Source: Candidatus Bathyarchaeia archaeon (lineage in GTDB: Archaea; Thermoproteota; CALKCG01; B24). From it: 64,000 nucleotides of DNA. The position numbers and the translations under genes are program-made. Below are positions 9,423 through 20,031 of this stretch, in pieces; positions within the stretch are counted from its first letter, which is position 1; each line of letters starts with the position of its first letter. The stretch spans positions 256,001 through 320,000 of the forward strand of contig JAVZJD010000001.1 in the NCBI GenBank assembly GCA_038870975.1. Direction: 5' to 3'. Under the pieces are notes generated by a model. That model searched no databases. It was not told the origin of the DNA and saw nothing but the letters and a program-made list of their open reading frames with translations.

Positions 9423-11261
9423 TTAACCCGTGCTGATTAGAGGTTGAGTGGAGGTGCCGAATTGCGTTTCATACAGTTTAGCATACAAACCTCCATTACG
9501 TAGAAGCTGTTCATGAGAGCCTTCTTCAACTATTCTACCGTTATCCAACACTATTATCCTATTTGCAAGTTTAACCGTTGCAAGCCTATGTGCGATTATT
9601 ATACAAGTTCTTCCTTTTAGAAGCTTAACCATAGCTTCCTGAAGCAACGACTCAGTCCTTGAATCCAGACTACTAGTGGCTTCATCAAGAATTAGAATTT
9701 TCGGATTTTTAAGCATAGCTCTTGCGAAACTTATAAGTTGTCTCTGACCTACTGAAAGATTTTCCCCGCCAGGAGATACTATTGTATCGTATCCTTTGGG
9801 AAGACTCTCTATTAGTTTTTCAAGACCTAACGATTTAATGATATTCTCAACATGCTCTCTAGATGCCTCCGGAAAACCAGCTCTAATGTTTTCAAAAACG
9901 GTATCGTTGAAGAGAACCGGCTCTTGAGGCACTAGAGCCGTTGCTCTACGTAAAGACCTGAGAGTGAATTCTCTAAGATCGTGGCCGTCGATCAATATGC
10001 GACCTTTCTGAGGATCGTAAAGCCTCAATATGAGGTTTGCGATTGTTGTCTTACCTGCACCAGTAGGACCAACAATTGCAAGGATCTCCCCAGCTTTAAC
10101 TTTAAAGCTTATATTCTCAAATACCATGTTTGAGTTGTAACTGAAGCTGACGTTTTCAACAACTATCTCGCCATTCTTGACTTCTAAATCTTTAGCGTAT
10201 GGTGTATCTTTGACAGCTGGTTCTGTGTTTAAGAAAATGTAGACTCTTTCAGCTGCAGCTAGGGCTGATTGGAGAGTTGTATAGAACATTGTGATCATCA
10301 ATATGGGTCTAAAGAAAGAATCAGTGTAACCGTAGAAGGCTAAAAGTCCACCTATTGTGAACTCATGTGAAGCTATCAGATAACCACCGTAACCCACCAG
10401 TATTGCAAAAGAGAGAGCTCTGACGGAATCTAAAGACGGACGTATAAGTGAGGATATCAGTATCGCTTTAACCCTTGTAGCCATTGTTTCCCGACTTACA
10501 CGTTCAAATGATTGAACATCGATATTTCTACGCTCAGTAAATGCTTGAGCCACTCTTGCGCCAGATACACTCTGCTCAACACTACTAGTGAGTTGACTTA
10601 CCTTAACTCTAGTTTCTCTGAACACTTCACGAGCCTTCTTCGCAAAAAACCTTGTGAGAATGACCATGATGGGTATCGTCGATGTAACGGCCAGTGTAAG
10701 CGCTAAATGCATACTTGCCATCATATATACAGCACCAACTATCGTAGACGCGCTTATTAGAAATTCTATAGCACCCATTGTAACAACCTCACCTATCGCC
10801 GTTATGTCATTCGTTATCAGAGAGATCAATCTACCTGATGGCCTTTGCGTTACATAGTGTACATCGATATCCATTAAATGTTGGAATGCCCTGCGTCTTA
10901 AATCGAATAAAAGTCTCTGGTTTAGGTAGGCCGTTAAATATCTTCTGAGCGCTGTTAAAAGAGCGCCAGCGGAAATAGCGAGGATGGCTAAAATCGTGTA
11001 GAACACTAACGCGTCGGCATTCATAGCTACAACTCCTTTGTCTATGAGTAGCTTGCTAATATAGGGGGTTGCTATGTTTAAGCCAATAGAGGCTACTGAG
11101 AGTACAATGATAGCCAATACTACGAGTTTCATCGGCGCTAGAATTTTAAGAAACCATTTAAGCAGAGTAGACGTCGGGACTTCAACTGGTTTTTCATCCG
11201 TGGCTCTCTCAGCATGGTGCATAATATGCCATCCCATGATCTTACACCCCCTCAGCCCCAA
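9423..11261 (-). CDS. ABC exporter, fused TMD-NBD subunit
   Basis: N-terminal TM helices; GPTGAGKTT, LSVGQRQ, LILDEATS, IAHRL. Confidence 0.95.
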   Translation of the reverse strand: MGLRGCKIMGWHIMHHAERATDEKPVEVPTSTLLKWFLKILAPMKLVVLAIIVLSVASIGLNIATPYISKLLIDKGVVAMNADALVFYTILAILAISAGALLTALRRYLTAYLNQRLLFDLRRRAFQHLMDIDVHYVTQRPSGRLISLITNDITAIGEVVTMGAIEFLISASTIVGAVYMMASMHLALTLAVTSTIPIMVILTRFFAKKAREVFRETRVKVSQLTSSVEQSVSGARVAQAFTERRNIDVQSFERVSRETMATRVKAILISSLIRPSLDSVRALSFAILVGYGGYLIASHEFTIGGLLAFYGYTDSFFRPILMITMFYTTLQSALAAAERVYIFLNTEPAVKDTPYAKDLEVKNGEIVVENVSFSYNSNMVFENISFKVKAGEILAIVGPTGAGKTTIANLILRLYDPQKGRILIDGHDLREFTLRSLRRATALVPQEPVLFNDTVFENIRAGFPEASREHVENIIKSLGLEKLIESLPKGYDTIVSPGGENLSVGQRQLISFARAMLKNPKILILDEATSSLDSRTESLLQEAMVKLLKGRTCIIIAHRLATVKLANRIIVLDNGRIVEEGSHEQLLRNGGLYAKLYETQFGTSTQPLISTG

Positions 11262-13008
11262 TTATCTGAGATTTGTAAATTTTAGCATATAACCCGTTCC
11301 TAGCTATTAACTCATCGTGAGTGCCATCTTCAACTACACGTCCATCGTCGAGCACCACAATCCTATCGGCGAGTTTTAAAGTGGATAAACGCTGAGTTAC
11401 TATGAAGACTGTTTTGTCTTTTATGAGCTCTTTTAAGGCCTCGCATATCTCTTTCTCAGTTTCAGAGTCTACGCTTGATGTAGAATCATCGAGTATTAAA
11501 ATTCTTGGGTTTAAAATTAAAGCTCTAGCAATAGCTAATCTCTGCCTTTGACCTCCAGACAACGTCACACCTCGTTCACCTATTATGGTATTGTATTTTT
11601 CAGGCAGACTCATTATGAAGTCATGGATACGGGCAATCTTAGCTGCTCTCTCTATTTCTTCATACGTAGCATTGGGTTTACCGTACGCGATATTTTCCCG
11701 GATGCTTATTGGAAATAGGAAGATATCCTGGTGTACAACACCTATCTGTTTACGTAGGGAGTGAATTTTAACGTCCTTTATATCGTAACCGTCTATCAGA
11801 ATACGGCCTTCCTGTGGGTCGTAGAACCGGGGTATAAGCTTTATCAACGTACTCTTACCTGAACCTGTAACCCCTACTAGAGCAACTTTTTCACCTGGTT
11901 TAACTTCTAAGTTTACACCTTTAAGCACAGGCTTATTTGAATCGTAACCGAATACAACGTTCTCGAAGACTACATGCCCTTTAATATTCGGAAGCTCTAT
12001 TGCATCTGGCTTTTCTTTGACTTCTGGTTCAGCATCTAAAGCTTCAAAAACCCTTCCAGCAGAGACACTCGTCCTCTGATAGTCTGCGAATAGGAATCCG
12101 AAGGACATTATAGGCCAGACGAGATAACCTAAGTACATCGAGAAGGCTACGAGGTCTCCTATTGTAATCTCATTGCTGAAAAACTTTAACCCTCCATACC
12201 AGTATACGATGGCTGATGCCACACCTATAACGAGGTTCAGAAATGGCCACGTTCGAGTTGCTAGTTTTTCAGAGTACATACTAAGGTTGTAGACCTGTTT
12301 ATTTACGGAGTTGAACTTTGTAAAAGCCCAGTTTTCAATCCCAAGTGCCCTTATTATTCGAAAGCCTGAAATGGATTCTGCTACGGCAGTGTTTAGTTTA
12401 CTCTGTTCAATCCACCTACGTTCAAATATCGGCCTTACGAGTTTAGCGAAAATCATGGCTATTATTGCTATGAATGGTACCGTGATAGATATGGCTATTA
12501 AAGCCATTGAAGCATTTATTGAAATAAGTACTGCGGAGACCAATAGAACCATTAGAATAGAGCTTAATAATTGCGTTATGCTAGAACTTATGAAATTGCC
12601 GATCGTATCTATGTCGCTGGTGAGGCGGTTTATTATCTGCCCAACATCAACTCTATCGAAAAAGCTGTAGGATAGATCTTGTAAATGTCTATAGAGTTGC
12701 ATTCTCATATTATGGCTGATCTTCTGAGACATTAAACCAGATAAATAGTCTCTTAAGAAGAATAGAGTGCCATGTAAAACTGTTAAACCTAGTATTGCTA
12801 CCGCATAGAGCCATATGTTTGAGACAGACCCTATGAATACATTGTTCACGACGTCTCTACTGATCCAAGGCAGAAGAAGATCTATTACTGTTCCTACTAC
12901 TACGAGCACTGTTGAAGCTATAAAGAGCAGCTTATGCGCTATAAGGTATTTAAAAAGCCTCGGTAGAATTCTTCGAACTGGCTTACCTGCATAAGTCACG
13001 TACTTCAC
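11242..13008 (-). CDS. ABC exporter, fused TMD-NBD subunit with degenerate site (heterodimer partner)
   Basis: GVTGSGKST, LSGGQRQ, Walker B ILDD and switch VTQRL, typical of heterodimeric exporters. Confidence 0.95.
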   Translation of the reverse strand: MKYVTYAGKPVRRILPRLFKYLIAHKLLFIASTVLVVVGTVIDLLLPWISRDVVNNVFIGSVSNIWLYAVAILGLTVLHGTLFFLRDYLSGLMSQKISHNMRMQLYRHLQDLSYSFFDRVDVGQIINRLTSDIDTIGNFISSSITQLLSSILMVLLVSAVLISINASMALIAISITVPFIAIIAMIFAKLVRPIFERRWIEQSKLNTAVAESISGFRIIRALGIENWAFTKFNSVNKQVYNLSMYSEKLATRTWPFLNLVIGVASAIVYWYGGLKFFSNEITIGDLVAFSMYLGYLVWPIMSFGFLFADYQRTSVSAGRVFEALDAEPEVKEKPDAIELPNIKGHVVFENVVFGYDSNKPVLKGVNLEVKPGEKVALVGVTGSGKSTLIKLIPRFYDPQEGRILIDGYDIKDVKIHSLRKQIGVVHQDIFLFPISIRENIAYGKPNATYEEIERAAKIARIHDFIMSLPEKYNTIIGERGVTLSGGQRQRLAIARALILNPRILILDDSTSSVDSETEKEICEALKELIKDKTVFIVTQRLSTLKLADRIVVLDDGRVVEDGTHDELIARNGLYAKIYKSQIIGAEGV

Positions 13009-13580
13009 CTCGAAACTATGGAAATAAGTTCATCCATAAGCTTACGGAATTTTTCATTTCTGTAGAGTTCTAAATGGGTTAAAATATCCATCAATAGGAA
13101 GGATGCCGGAGGTTTTAAAACTGAAGGATTTACATCCCTACTGACTAAATTCTCTAAAACTATTCTTTTAAGGGTGTTAAACTCTTCGATTAGTTTAATA
13201 AGCTTAGACATATTTGATATACTATAGCCGAAGTTCTGCATAAGCAATGCAACGTCTTCAGAGAGTTTTTCATCCCAATCTTTAAACAAAGATGCATCTC
13301 TCTCACTCAAACTATAACTCACGATGTAATGCCTAGCTGAAGCCCTATAGAACCGTTCAATGATATTACCTCTCCTGCGCTCATACGTAAGCTCGATCAA
13401 ACCAGCAGCTTTAAGAGTTTTTAAGTGATGATCAATAGAAGAGGCTGGTTTATCTAAGATCTTAGCAAGTTGATTTGTAGACATCTCCTTAATTTTTAAA
13501 AGACTCAATATTTTACACCTAGTTTCGTCAGCTAGAAGTTTTGCCACTTCAGCATCTTTAATTATAAGGAACTCTTTCAA
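13005..13580 (-). CDS. ArsR-family wHTH regulator heading the ABC operon
   Basis: LADETR..IL..L, QLAKIL....SSI.HHL..L..AGLI; 4-bp overlap with ABC gene. Confidence 0.85.
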   Translation of the reverse strand: MKEFLIIKDAEVAKLLADETRCKILSLLKIKEMSTNQLAKILDKPASSIDHHLKTLKAAGLIELTYERRRGNIIERFYRASARHYIVSYSLSERDASLFKDWDEKLSEDVALLMQNFGYSISNMSKLIKLIEEFNTLKRIVLENLVSRDVNPSVLKPPASFLLMDILTHLELYRNEKFRKLMDELISIVSR

Positions 13581-13590
13581 GTTTCCCCTC

Positions 13591-13623
13591 TTCCAATTCT
13601 TTGGAACGCTACAATAAATTGTA
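13591..13623. promoter_or_regulatory. Two palindromes (TTCCAA-N4-TTGGAA and TACAAT-N2-ATTGTA) between TATA box and ArsR start; putative autoregulatory operators
   Basis: Perfect inverted repeats at 13591-13606 and 13610-13623; TTTATAT on minus strand at 13632-13638. Confidence 0.55.
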
Positions 13624-13830
13624 ATAGAGGAATATAAATTTTGCTCAATACGTCTAATGCAAAAATCACCGTGTTAGAACATAGTTTAGAAAATGCCTAT
13701 GTCGACGTGTAAAACCCTTCTTGGAAATGCATTAGAGTTTAACAATTGGATTAGGTATGGAAAAACGGTATGTAACGTTGGAGAGGACAGTCGAAAGAAG
13801 CTAAACCTCAATGTTTTTACGTCGTAACCA

Positions 13831-14139
13831 ATGATATATCTTATGGATATTATGAGTGTAAGAGATTTGCAGAAACTTATGGGAGATTTATACTTAGAGA
13901 GGGATAGGAAAAGAGGGGTTCTCACAACCTACATATGGTTTATATCTGAAGTGGGAGAGTTAGCTGATGCCCTAATCGAAGGCAATGTGAAGGACTTTGG
14001 TGAAGAGGCAGCTGATGTAGTAGCTTGGCTACTAAGTCTCTGCAATTTGATGAATATAGACTTGGAAAAGGTAGTCTATGAGAAATATGGTAGAGGGTGC
14101 CCAAGGTGTCATACTATGCCATGTCAATGTGGATATTAA
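13831..14139 (+). CDS. MazG-like nucleotide pyrophosphohydrolase
   Basis: EVGELA..EE.AD..W..SL; C-terminal CxxC..CxC. Confidence 0.88.
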   Translation: MIYLMDIMSVRDLQKLMGDLYLERDRKRGVLTTYIWFISEVGELADALIEGNVKDFGEEAADVVAWLLSLCNLMNIDLEKVVYEKYGRGCPRCHTMPCQCGY

Positions 14140-14193
14140 TGGAAATATCTACAAATTCCCATCTATGTCAATAATTACAGTCGAATGTAACAA

Positions 14194-14751
14194 TCAGTCG
14201 ATTAACGATTCCGTGTTAAAACCTTGAGAAAGCTTGTAATAGACTACTTCACCTCTACGGTCTACAACGGCAAGTATAAGCTCTTTGTTTAGAGAAGCAC
14301 TAGATTTAGCTATTCCAATTAAATCTTCTACTTTTAATGGCCTACCTTCTGAAACCCCTACGACGAGATATTTAGCAGGTTGCTCACCATATGTCCCCCG
14401 CTCATACAGTAAAAAGTCCAATCCTAGTCCATATCCCTTACGAATTACATAGCCTTTATCTCTTAAATCCCTATATACCAGGAATTTGACCCAGACGTCT
14501 GGGTCTATAGAGATCAATTTTTCAGTGGCATCCTTCAGTGTAAGTTCACGTCCACCTTCAAGTAGTCTAAGCTTACCTTCACTCATCAAGTAGAGTGTTT
14601 CTTCACCAGTCAAAACTAGAGAGTTGTCGTCTTTAGTACCATAGCCCTTTTGAATCAGAAAACTTCTATAATCACCGTTCTTAACTAAGACCCTGCCATT
14701 TTCTAAGATGGCTATACCAGTTAGGGGTTTAGACTCTGAATTCATCTTCAA
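14194..14751 (-). CDS. endA: tRNA splicing endonuclease subunit, probably structural (catalytic His absent)
   Basis: EETLYL, FLVYRDLRDKGY, DFLLYERG, K..ILAVVD..GEVVYY. Confidence 0.85.
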   Translation of the reverse strand: MKMNSESKPLTGIAILENGRVLVKNGDYRSFLIQKGYGTKDDNSLVLTGEETLYLMSEGKLRLLEGGRELTLKDATEKLISIDPDVWVKFLVYRDLRDKGYVIRKGYGLGLDFLLYERGTYGEQPAKYLVVGVSEGRPLKVEDLIGIAKSSASLNKELILAVVDRRGEVVYYKLSQGFNTESLID

Positions 14752-15028
14752 AGTTCTAATGGTAAATATTTAATTTAAACATTATTGAAAATTTGAAAAT
14801 CTATCAGATGCCGTCTGACGAAAATAAAAGCATAGAGAGGAAATAACTATAGTTTTAATGAAAGATGCTGATTCATATTGGAGCCTAAAATAAGATCGTC
14901 TACATTTCTCTATTCTTAAGAATCAAGGTAGTAAATAGCGTCGGGTGTAAAGGCATACTATATAATGACTTAGAATATATTATGGTGAGAGGTGCGTTAG
15001 AAGGTTTGTTGAAACAGAGTAGCGACCA

Positions 15029-16951
15029 TCACTTAAGTCTCATGCTCTCAAGGTTTTTTGGAGCAGCAGCTGGAAGCTTGAAAACGTGTGATATTGCTGA
15101 AGATAGATTTTGCGTCTTCTGTGCTTCACCGTGACATACAATGACCATTTTAGGTCTTGGAGATAATCTTTTAACGTAGGAGAGAAGCTGTCTTCTATCA
15201 GAATGCCCACTGAAACCTTCGATAGATTTAACGCTCATGTTGACTTTAATAACGTCTACTTTACCATCTCTAGATATTAAAGGAACTTCTCTTAGACCAT
15301 TTTTAATCCTACGGCCTAAAGTACCTTCGATTTGATAACTGACAAACATGAGGGTATTTCTCGCATCTTCAGCCATAAGCTTAAAGTACTCGAGCACGGG
15401 TCCACCCTCCAGCATACCCGATGGGGCTAAAATTATCGAAGGCTCACCTTCAGCTATTTCAATCCTTTGATTCGAATTTGAAACTTGGGTAAAACGTTCA
15501 GATTGAAATACATTCACGTCCTCACGTAAGATGAGGTCTCTAAGCTCTTGAGATAGATATTCTGGATATGCTGTGTGAATCGCCGTAGCTTCATTTAACA
15601 TACCGTCTACATATATTGGAACCTCTTTAAGCAGACCTTTTCTCGCATAAGAGTCTAAAACTATCATTATCTCCTGACCTCTCCCTATGGCAGGAGTAGG
15701 TATCAGAACTTTCCCACCCTTCTCAATGGTTTCGTTTATCGCAGAGATGAAAGATGTCTCTACTTCAGATCTAGGAGGCATAACATCTTCTTCACCACCA
15801 TATGTAGACTCCATTACTAAAGCTTCAATTCTCGGAAAGCTTATTGAAGAGGGGTCTAAGAGCATTGTTTTACCATATTTGAAGTCCCCAGTTATTACAA
15901 TGTTATAGTGTCCCTCACCTACATGTATATGAACTATTGAAGAGCCAAGTATGTGACCAGCATTCCATAGGGTGAGTTTAATATCTGGAGCTATGTCTAC
16001 AACATAGCCGTATCTAAGCGTTACAGTATGTAAAATCATATCTCTAACATCCCTTTGGGTATACGGAGGGATAACGCCTTCCTTCATAGCCACGTCTAAA
16101 TAGTCCAGTTGAGCTAAGACCATAAGACTCAAAGCTGGCTCAGAGCAGTAGACTGGCCCTTTGTAGCCATATTTGTACAACAATGGAATAGCTCCACAGT
16201 GGTCTAGATGACTATGTGTGACAACGACAGCGTCAAGAGTATCGAGGTCTAATCCATCGAAGTCAAGATACGGAAACATTTGATTAGGCTTAGTGGCTCC
16301 TGGGTTTATACCGCAATCCACTAATACAGAACTCTCCTTTGTTTTAATCAATATGGCGGATCTACCGACTTCTCTAAATCCTCCAAGAGGTACTAGCAAA
16401 ACTTCATCGACTGGGAAAACTAAGGGCCTGAATATTCGTTCACCATCTTCTCTTAAAGCCCTCTCCCTATCCTTTGTATCACTATAAAGCACATGTCTTA
16501 TGTTGGCGATAATTTTTGAAGGCATCGAAGGAGCTCTGAGGACTCTAGGTATCCACTTTGTCCTCCTCAAGATTTCCTGTAGAAGTGCACCGTCTTTACC
16601 TATGGCTAAACCAGTCTTCTTAGCCTCTATTATCACCTCACCTAATACCTCGTCAAAAACGAGGTTTTCCACACTTGCCTCTTTAGGGATTATCTGACTT
16701 ATGGTAGCTTTAACTTCCTCCTTCGGCGCTCTGACAGACGGGTCCGATCTAACTACAATCCTCTTCTTCATCGTTTCGACTATGTCGGAAATTATATAGC
16801 TTCTATCTATGAGTAAGACCTCCGGTTTCTTAACGTAGATTGCAAGCTTAGACCCTTCAAAGTTTATCCTAGTTACCGCTACATCTTCCGGTATCTTAGA
16901 TAGCACTATTTCCCTTATCTTAGATAATGGATCTTGCAATTGTTTTTTCAC
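15029..16951 (-). CDS. fttA: Beta-CASP ribonuclease aCPSF1 (transcription termination factor FttA)
   Basis: N-terminal KH domains, LGGFREVGRS, HSHLDH, AGHILGS, GFSGHSD; follows psmB. Confidence 0.96.
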   Translation of the reverse strand: MKKQLQDPLSKIREIVLSKIPEDVAVTRINFEGSKLAIYVKKPEVLLIDRSYIISDIVETMKKRIVVRSDPSVRAPKEEVKATISQIIPKEASVENLVFDEVLGEVIIEAKKTGLAIGKDGALLQEILRRTKWIPRVLRAPSMPSKIIANIRHVLYSDTKDRERALREDGERIFRPLVFPVDEVLLVPLGGFREVGRSAILIKTKESSVLVDCGINPGATKPNQMFPYLDFDGLDLDTLDAVVVTHSHLDHCGAIPLLYKYGYKGPVYCSEPALSLMVLAQLDYLDVAMKEGVIPPYTQRDVRDMILHTVTLRYGYVVDIAPDIKLTLWNAGHILGSSIVHIHVGEGHYNIVITGDFKYGKTMLLDPSSISFPRIEALVMESTYGGEEDVMPPRSEVETSFISAINETIEKGGKVLIPTPAIGRGQEIMIVLDSYARKGLLKEVPIYVDGMLNEATAIHTAYPEYLSQELRDLILREDVNVFQSERFTQVSNSNQRIEIAEGEPSIILAPSGMLEGGPVLEYFKLMAEDARNTLMFVSYQIEGTLGRRIKNGLREVPLISRDGKVDVIKVNMSVKSIEGFSGHSDRRQLLSYVKRLSPRPKMVIVCHGEAQKTQNLSSAISHVFKLPAAAPKNLESMRLK

Positions 16952-16992
16952 AATTGAACACCTAAATTCTCAATAAGACCATAAAATTGTGA

Positions 16993-17643
16993 TCAAGCAC
17001 TACTCATAAGCTTGATTTTATCGTCTTCAGATAATTCTTTAAAGCCTTTGGAATCTATTACGATAATGTCGATGCTGTCTCCTGTAGCAATGTCTCTACG
17101 CATAGCCGCTTTAAGAGACTTAACCACCAAGGGAATTGCCTCTTCAACAGTTAAACCATCTCTAATGTTTGTCTCGAGTTCACCCATAGCTATTGGGGAG
17201 CCTGAGCCTGTTGCAAAGTACTTCTCCTCTGTAACTCCTCCAAATGGGTCTAGAGCGTAGATGTGTGGACCATTTTCATCTACTCCTCCTACTATCGCTT
17301 GAACTGAAAGAGGCATAAGTCTATTGGTGTAGAGTATTTGAGAGGCTAGCCTGGATGCAGCACTAACTGGTATAGGTCTGTTATGTTCAAGCTTATACAG
17401 TTTAGCGTAGAACTTAAGCATATCGACGACGTTCTGACCCTCGGCTACAGTCCCCGCTATGGTCATAGCTAAGTGGTCGTCTATCTGGTATATTTTACGG
17501 CCTCTCTTATGGGCTACTGTAAACCCCATGGTAACTCTTGTATCCGAGGCTAAGATAATACCGTCTTTACAAACTAAACCTATTGTTGTTGTTCCAGTTT
17601 TCAATACTTTGAAACCGTCGTACAATCCTAGAACCTCCTGCAT
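16993..17643 (-). CDS. psmB: Proteasome beta subunit
   Basis: Propeptide ending KTG|TTT, ASDTR, GSGS, RDIATGD. Confidence 0.96.
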   Translation of the reverse strand: MQEVLGLYDGFKVLKTGTTTIGLVCKDGIILASDTRVTMGFTVAHKRGRKIYQIDDHLAMTIAGTVAEGQNVVDMLKFYAKLYKLEHNRPIPVSAASRLASQILYTNRLMPLSVQAIVGGVDENGPHIYALDPFGGVTEEKYFATGSGSPIAMGELETNIRDGLTVEEAIPLVVKSLKAAMRRDIATGDSIDIIVIDSKGFKELSEDDKIKLMSSA

Positions 17644-17775
17644 TTAGTTGAGGATTGTGAAAATGTATCATGTATGAGAAGCGTTTAGAGATATTTTAAC
17701 CTTACTATTTAGAAATGCTTCAAAAGAGTAGAGTTATATACTCTTATCGAGTAGATTGTATATTGCGGTGGTGTT

Positions 17776-18387
17776 GTGAAGATTAAATATCTTAGCCATG
17801 CATGTTTTGAAATATCAGACCACAAGAGAATACTCATAGACCCATATTTCACAGGGAATACTCTAGCCCCTAAATACGAGGATAGTCCTGATATAATCTT
17901 AGTAACGCATGAGCATTTCGACCACTTTGACAAACCTTTCATAAGTAGGTTTCCCAAAGCTAAAGTGATAGTTCCTCCGGTATGCGAATATCCTGGAGCC
18001 ATTGTTATGCGCGTGGGAGAGAGGAGAGAAATCGATGGTATTCTCGTTGAAATGATCCCAGCCAGCCACTACCAAAGCAAGTATCCGACGGGTTACATTG
18101 TAGAATTTGAGCAGAAAAGAATTGTACATTTAGGAGACTGTTATCTCGACGGTGTAAAGCCTCTGGAACACGTAGATTTATTGTTAATACCGATAGGGGG
18201 GACGTATACGATGAACGTGGATGAAGCTTTAAAAGCTTTAGACATACTGAAGCCTAAACTTGCAATACCCATGCACTATAATACCTTCCCGCAGGTGAGA
18301 GCAAATCCTGAAACATTTAAGAGAGGAGCTGAGAAGAAAGGCTACAACGTTAAAATTCTGAGAATAAGTGAAGAGGCAGTTTTATAA
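17776..18387 (+). CDS. Metallo-beta-lactamase fold hydrolase (UPF0173-like)
   Basis: IDPY, THEHFDH, HLGD, PIGG, PMHY. Confidence 0.88.
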   Translation: MKIKYLSHACFEISDHKRILIDPYFTGNTLAPKYEDSPDIILVTHEHFDHFDKPFISRFPKAKVIVPPVCEYPGAIVMRVGERREIDGILVEMIPASHYQSKYPTGYIVEFEQKRIVHLGDCYLDGVKPLEHVDLLLIPIGGTYTMNVDEALKALDILKPKLAIPMHYNTFPQVRANPETFKRGAEKKGYNVKILRISEEAVL

Positions 18388-18893
18388 TGACCATTGAGGT
18401 CGATGATGCTGGATGGGGAGACCTAGTAGGAGGATGTATAATAGTAGTTAGAAGGGTTGAAACTGGCGAATACTACGTAGGTGAAATACCTGTAGAATTG
18501 TTTCAGGAGCCTAAGTTTAAAACTAAACACTACCTGGATAAAGCATTAGAGATAGTTGAGAGTGGATTAAGGAGTCTTAAAGCTTCTATAAGCGAAGAAA
18601 TACGTATGTGTACAGGCTTCATACTTTCTAAAGCGAGGAAAAAACTCTCCCAACAAGGGTATAAAGTTACTCCAGTTAAGATAACCGGAGAAACCCAGAA
18701 GCTTGCTGAACAAATGTTTTTGAAAACGCTAGAGAAAATAGGGTTGATGCTTACGGAGGAGGAGCCTAGGAGGAGATTTCAGAGCCTTTTAAAATGGGTT
18801 AAAGATGAGCCAGAAATTAGAGAAAAATATGTTAAAACAGGATGGGGAAGTTGGAAGAGTAAATGGCGTGCTAGGGTATTTGGAGTAGTTTAA
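18387..18893 (+). CDS. Uncharacterised RNase H-fold protein
   Basis: IEVDDAGWGDLVGG resembles the RNase HII DEAGRG motif; 1-bp overlap with upstream gene. Confidence 0.55.
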   Translation: MTIEVDDAGWGDLVGGCIIVVRRVETGEYYVGEIPVELFQEPKFKTKHYLDKALEIVESGLRSLKASISEEIRMCTGFILSKARKKLSQQGYKVTPVKITGETQKLAEQMFLKTLEKIGLMLTEEEPRRRFQSLLKWVKDEPEIREKYVKTGWGSWKSKWRARVFGVV

Positions 18894-18901
18894 ACAGGTC
18901 T

Positions 18902-19993
18902 TTATGCGAGGTTTAAAAGCCCTATTGACCTAGCGTATTCTAAAGCCTCAACATACTCTGCATGCGTAAGTCTCCTACGAAGCTCTGGAACTTCAAAAGC
19001 CCTCCAATGCGGTCTATATTGATCCATTATGTTAACCCTAACCCATCCGCCTAGATTATCTCTAATCCATTTAAGGATGGGTTTTCCACAACATTCTATA
19101 TGGTTTGGGAGCAGGAGAACTCTTATTATGAGCTCACCGCTTTCTAAGGCTATTAAATGGTTCCTACTGCAGACTTGCACATAGTTTGGAGCATTAGATA
19201 TTTTAATGGCACATTCATCCCGTCCATACTTGTAATCTAATAGGTACACGTCTATGAATCCTTTTAATAGTTTAGCTGTCTCAACACTATAGTAGCTGTT
19301 ACTATTCCAGACTGTGGGAACATTCACTTTAACGTATTTAAATGCCTCAAGCCAGGCATGTAGCCAAGGAGTGGGAGAGCCACCGACCATGTTACAGTTC
19401 CGACAGCCTTCACGTCTAAGTTTAGTAACTATCTCTGCAAGCTCTTCAGGTATTATAGGTTCACCAGGCTCTATTTGCTGAGAAATAGTCCAATTCTGAC
19501 AATGTAAACAGGTAAGATTACATCCCAGTGAGAATACGGTTCCACTTGGAACAAGTTCGGGTTCTTCACCTAAATGATGGAAAGCTGAAGACAGAAGGAA
19601 GGTATATCCGCATCTACAGTAGCCGAGTTTACCTTCTAAACGGTTAACTCTACATTTCCGCTCACAGAATACGCAGGACTTTAAAAGCCTCTTGGCTATT
19701 TCAACTTTAAGATCTAGATAACTCCTTTTAGGCTCTCCAAGATCCTCAAGAGAGACCTTTCCACTATCTACCATAGATTCCGCACGGTAATATTCAACAG
19801 TTAATTTATCATGTAGAGCCCAAAGTTCATCTAATGAGTAGTTTTCGTCAAAAACTGCTTCTATCCTCTTAGCTATTAAGAATTTAGCTGGAAGTTTATC
19901 TCTGAAAACCTTAAAATATCTACTTAGCGAACGAAGAACCTTATCATCCTTAAAAACTGTTAAAGCATCTGGCCTTACGAGATACCAGTTCAT
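18902..19993 (-). CDS. Radical SAM protein, PflX-like
   Basis: CVFCERKC, HLGEEPEL.PSGT, CNLTCLHCQNW, MDQYRP. Confidence 0.88.
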   Translation of the reverse strand: MNWYLVRPDALTVFKDDKVLRSLSRYFKVFRDKLPAKFLIAKRIEAVFDENYSLDELWALHDKLTVEYYRAESMVDSGKVSLEDLGEPKRSYLDLKVEIAKRLLKSCVFCERKCRVNRLEGKLGYCRCGYTFLLSSAFHHLGEEPELVPSGTVFSLGCNLTCLHCQNWTISQQIEPGEPIIPEELAEIVTKLRREGCRNCNMVGGSPTPWLHAWLEAFKYVKVNVPTVWNSNSYYSVETAKLLKGFIDVYLLDYKYGRDECAIKISNAPNYVQVCSRNHLIALESGELIIRVLLLPNHIECCGKPILKWIRDNLGGWVRVNIMDQYRPHWRAFEVPELRRRLTHAEYVEALEYARSIGLLNLA

Positions 19994-20031
19994 ATTCTAA
20001 CAAATTTTATGAGACTCTAAAGAATAAATGT

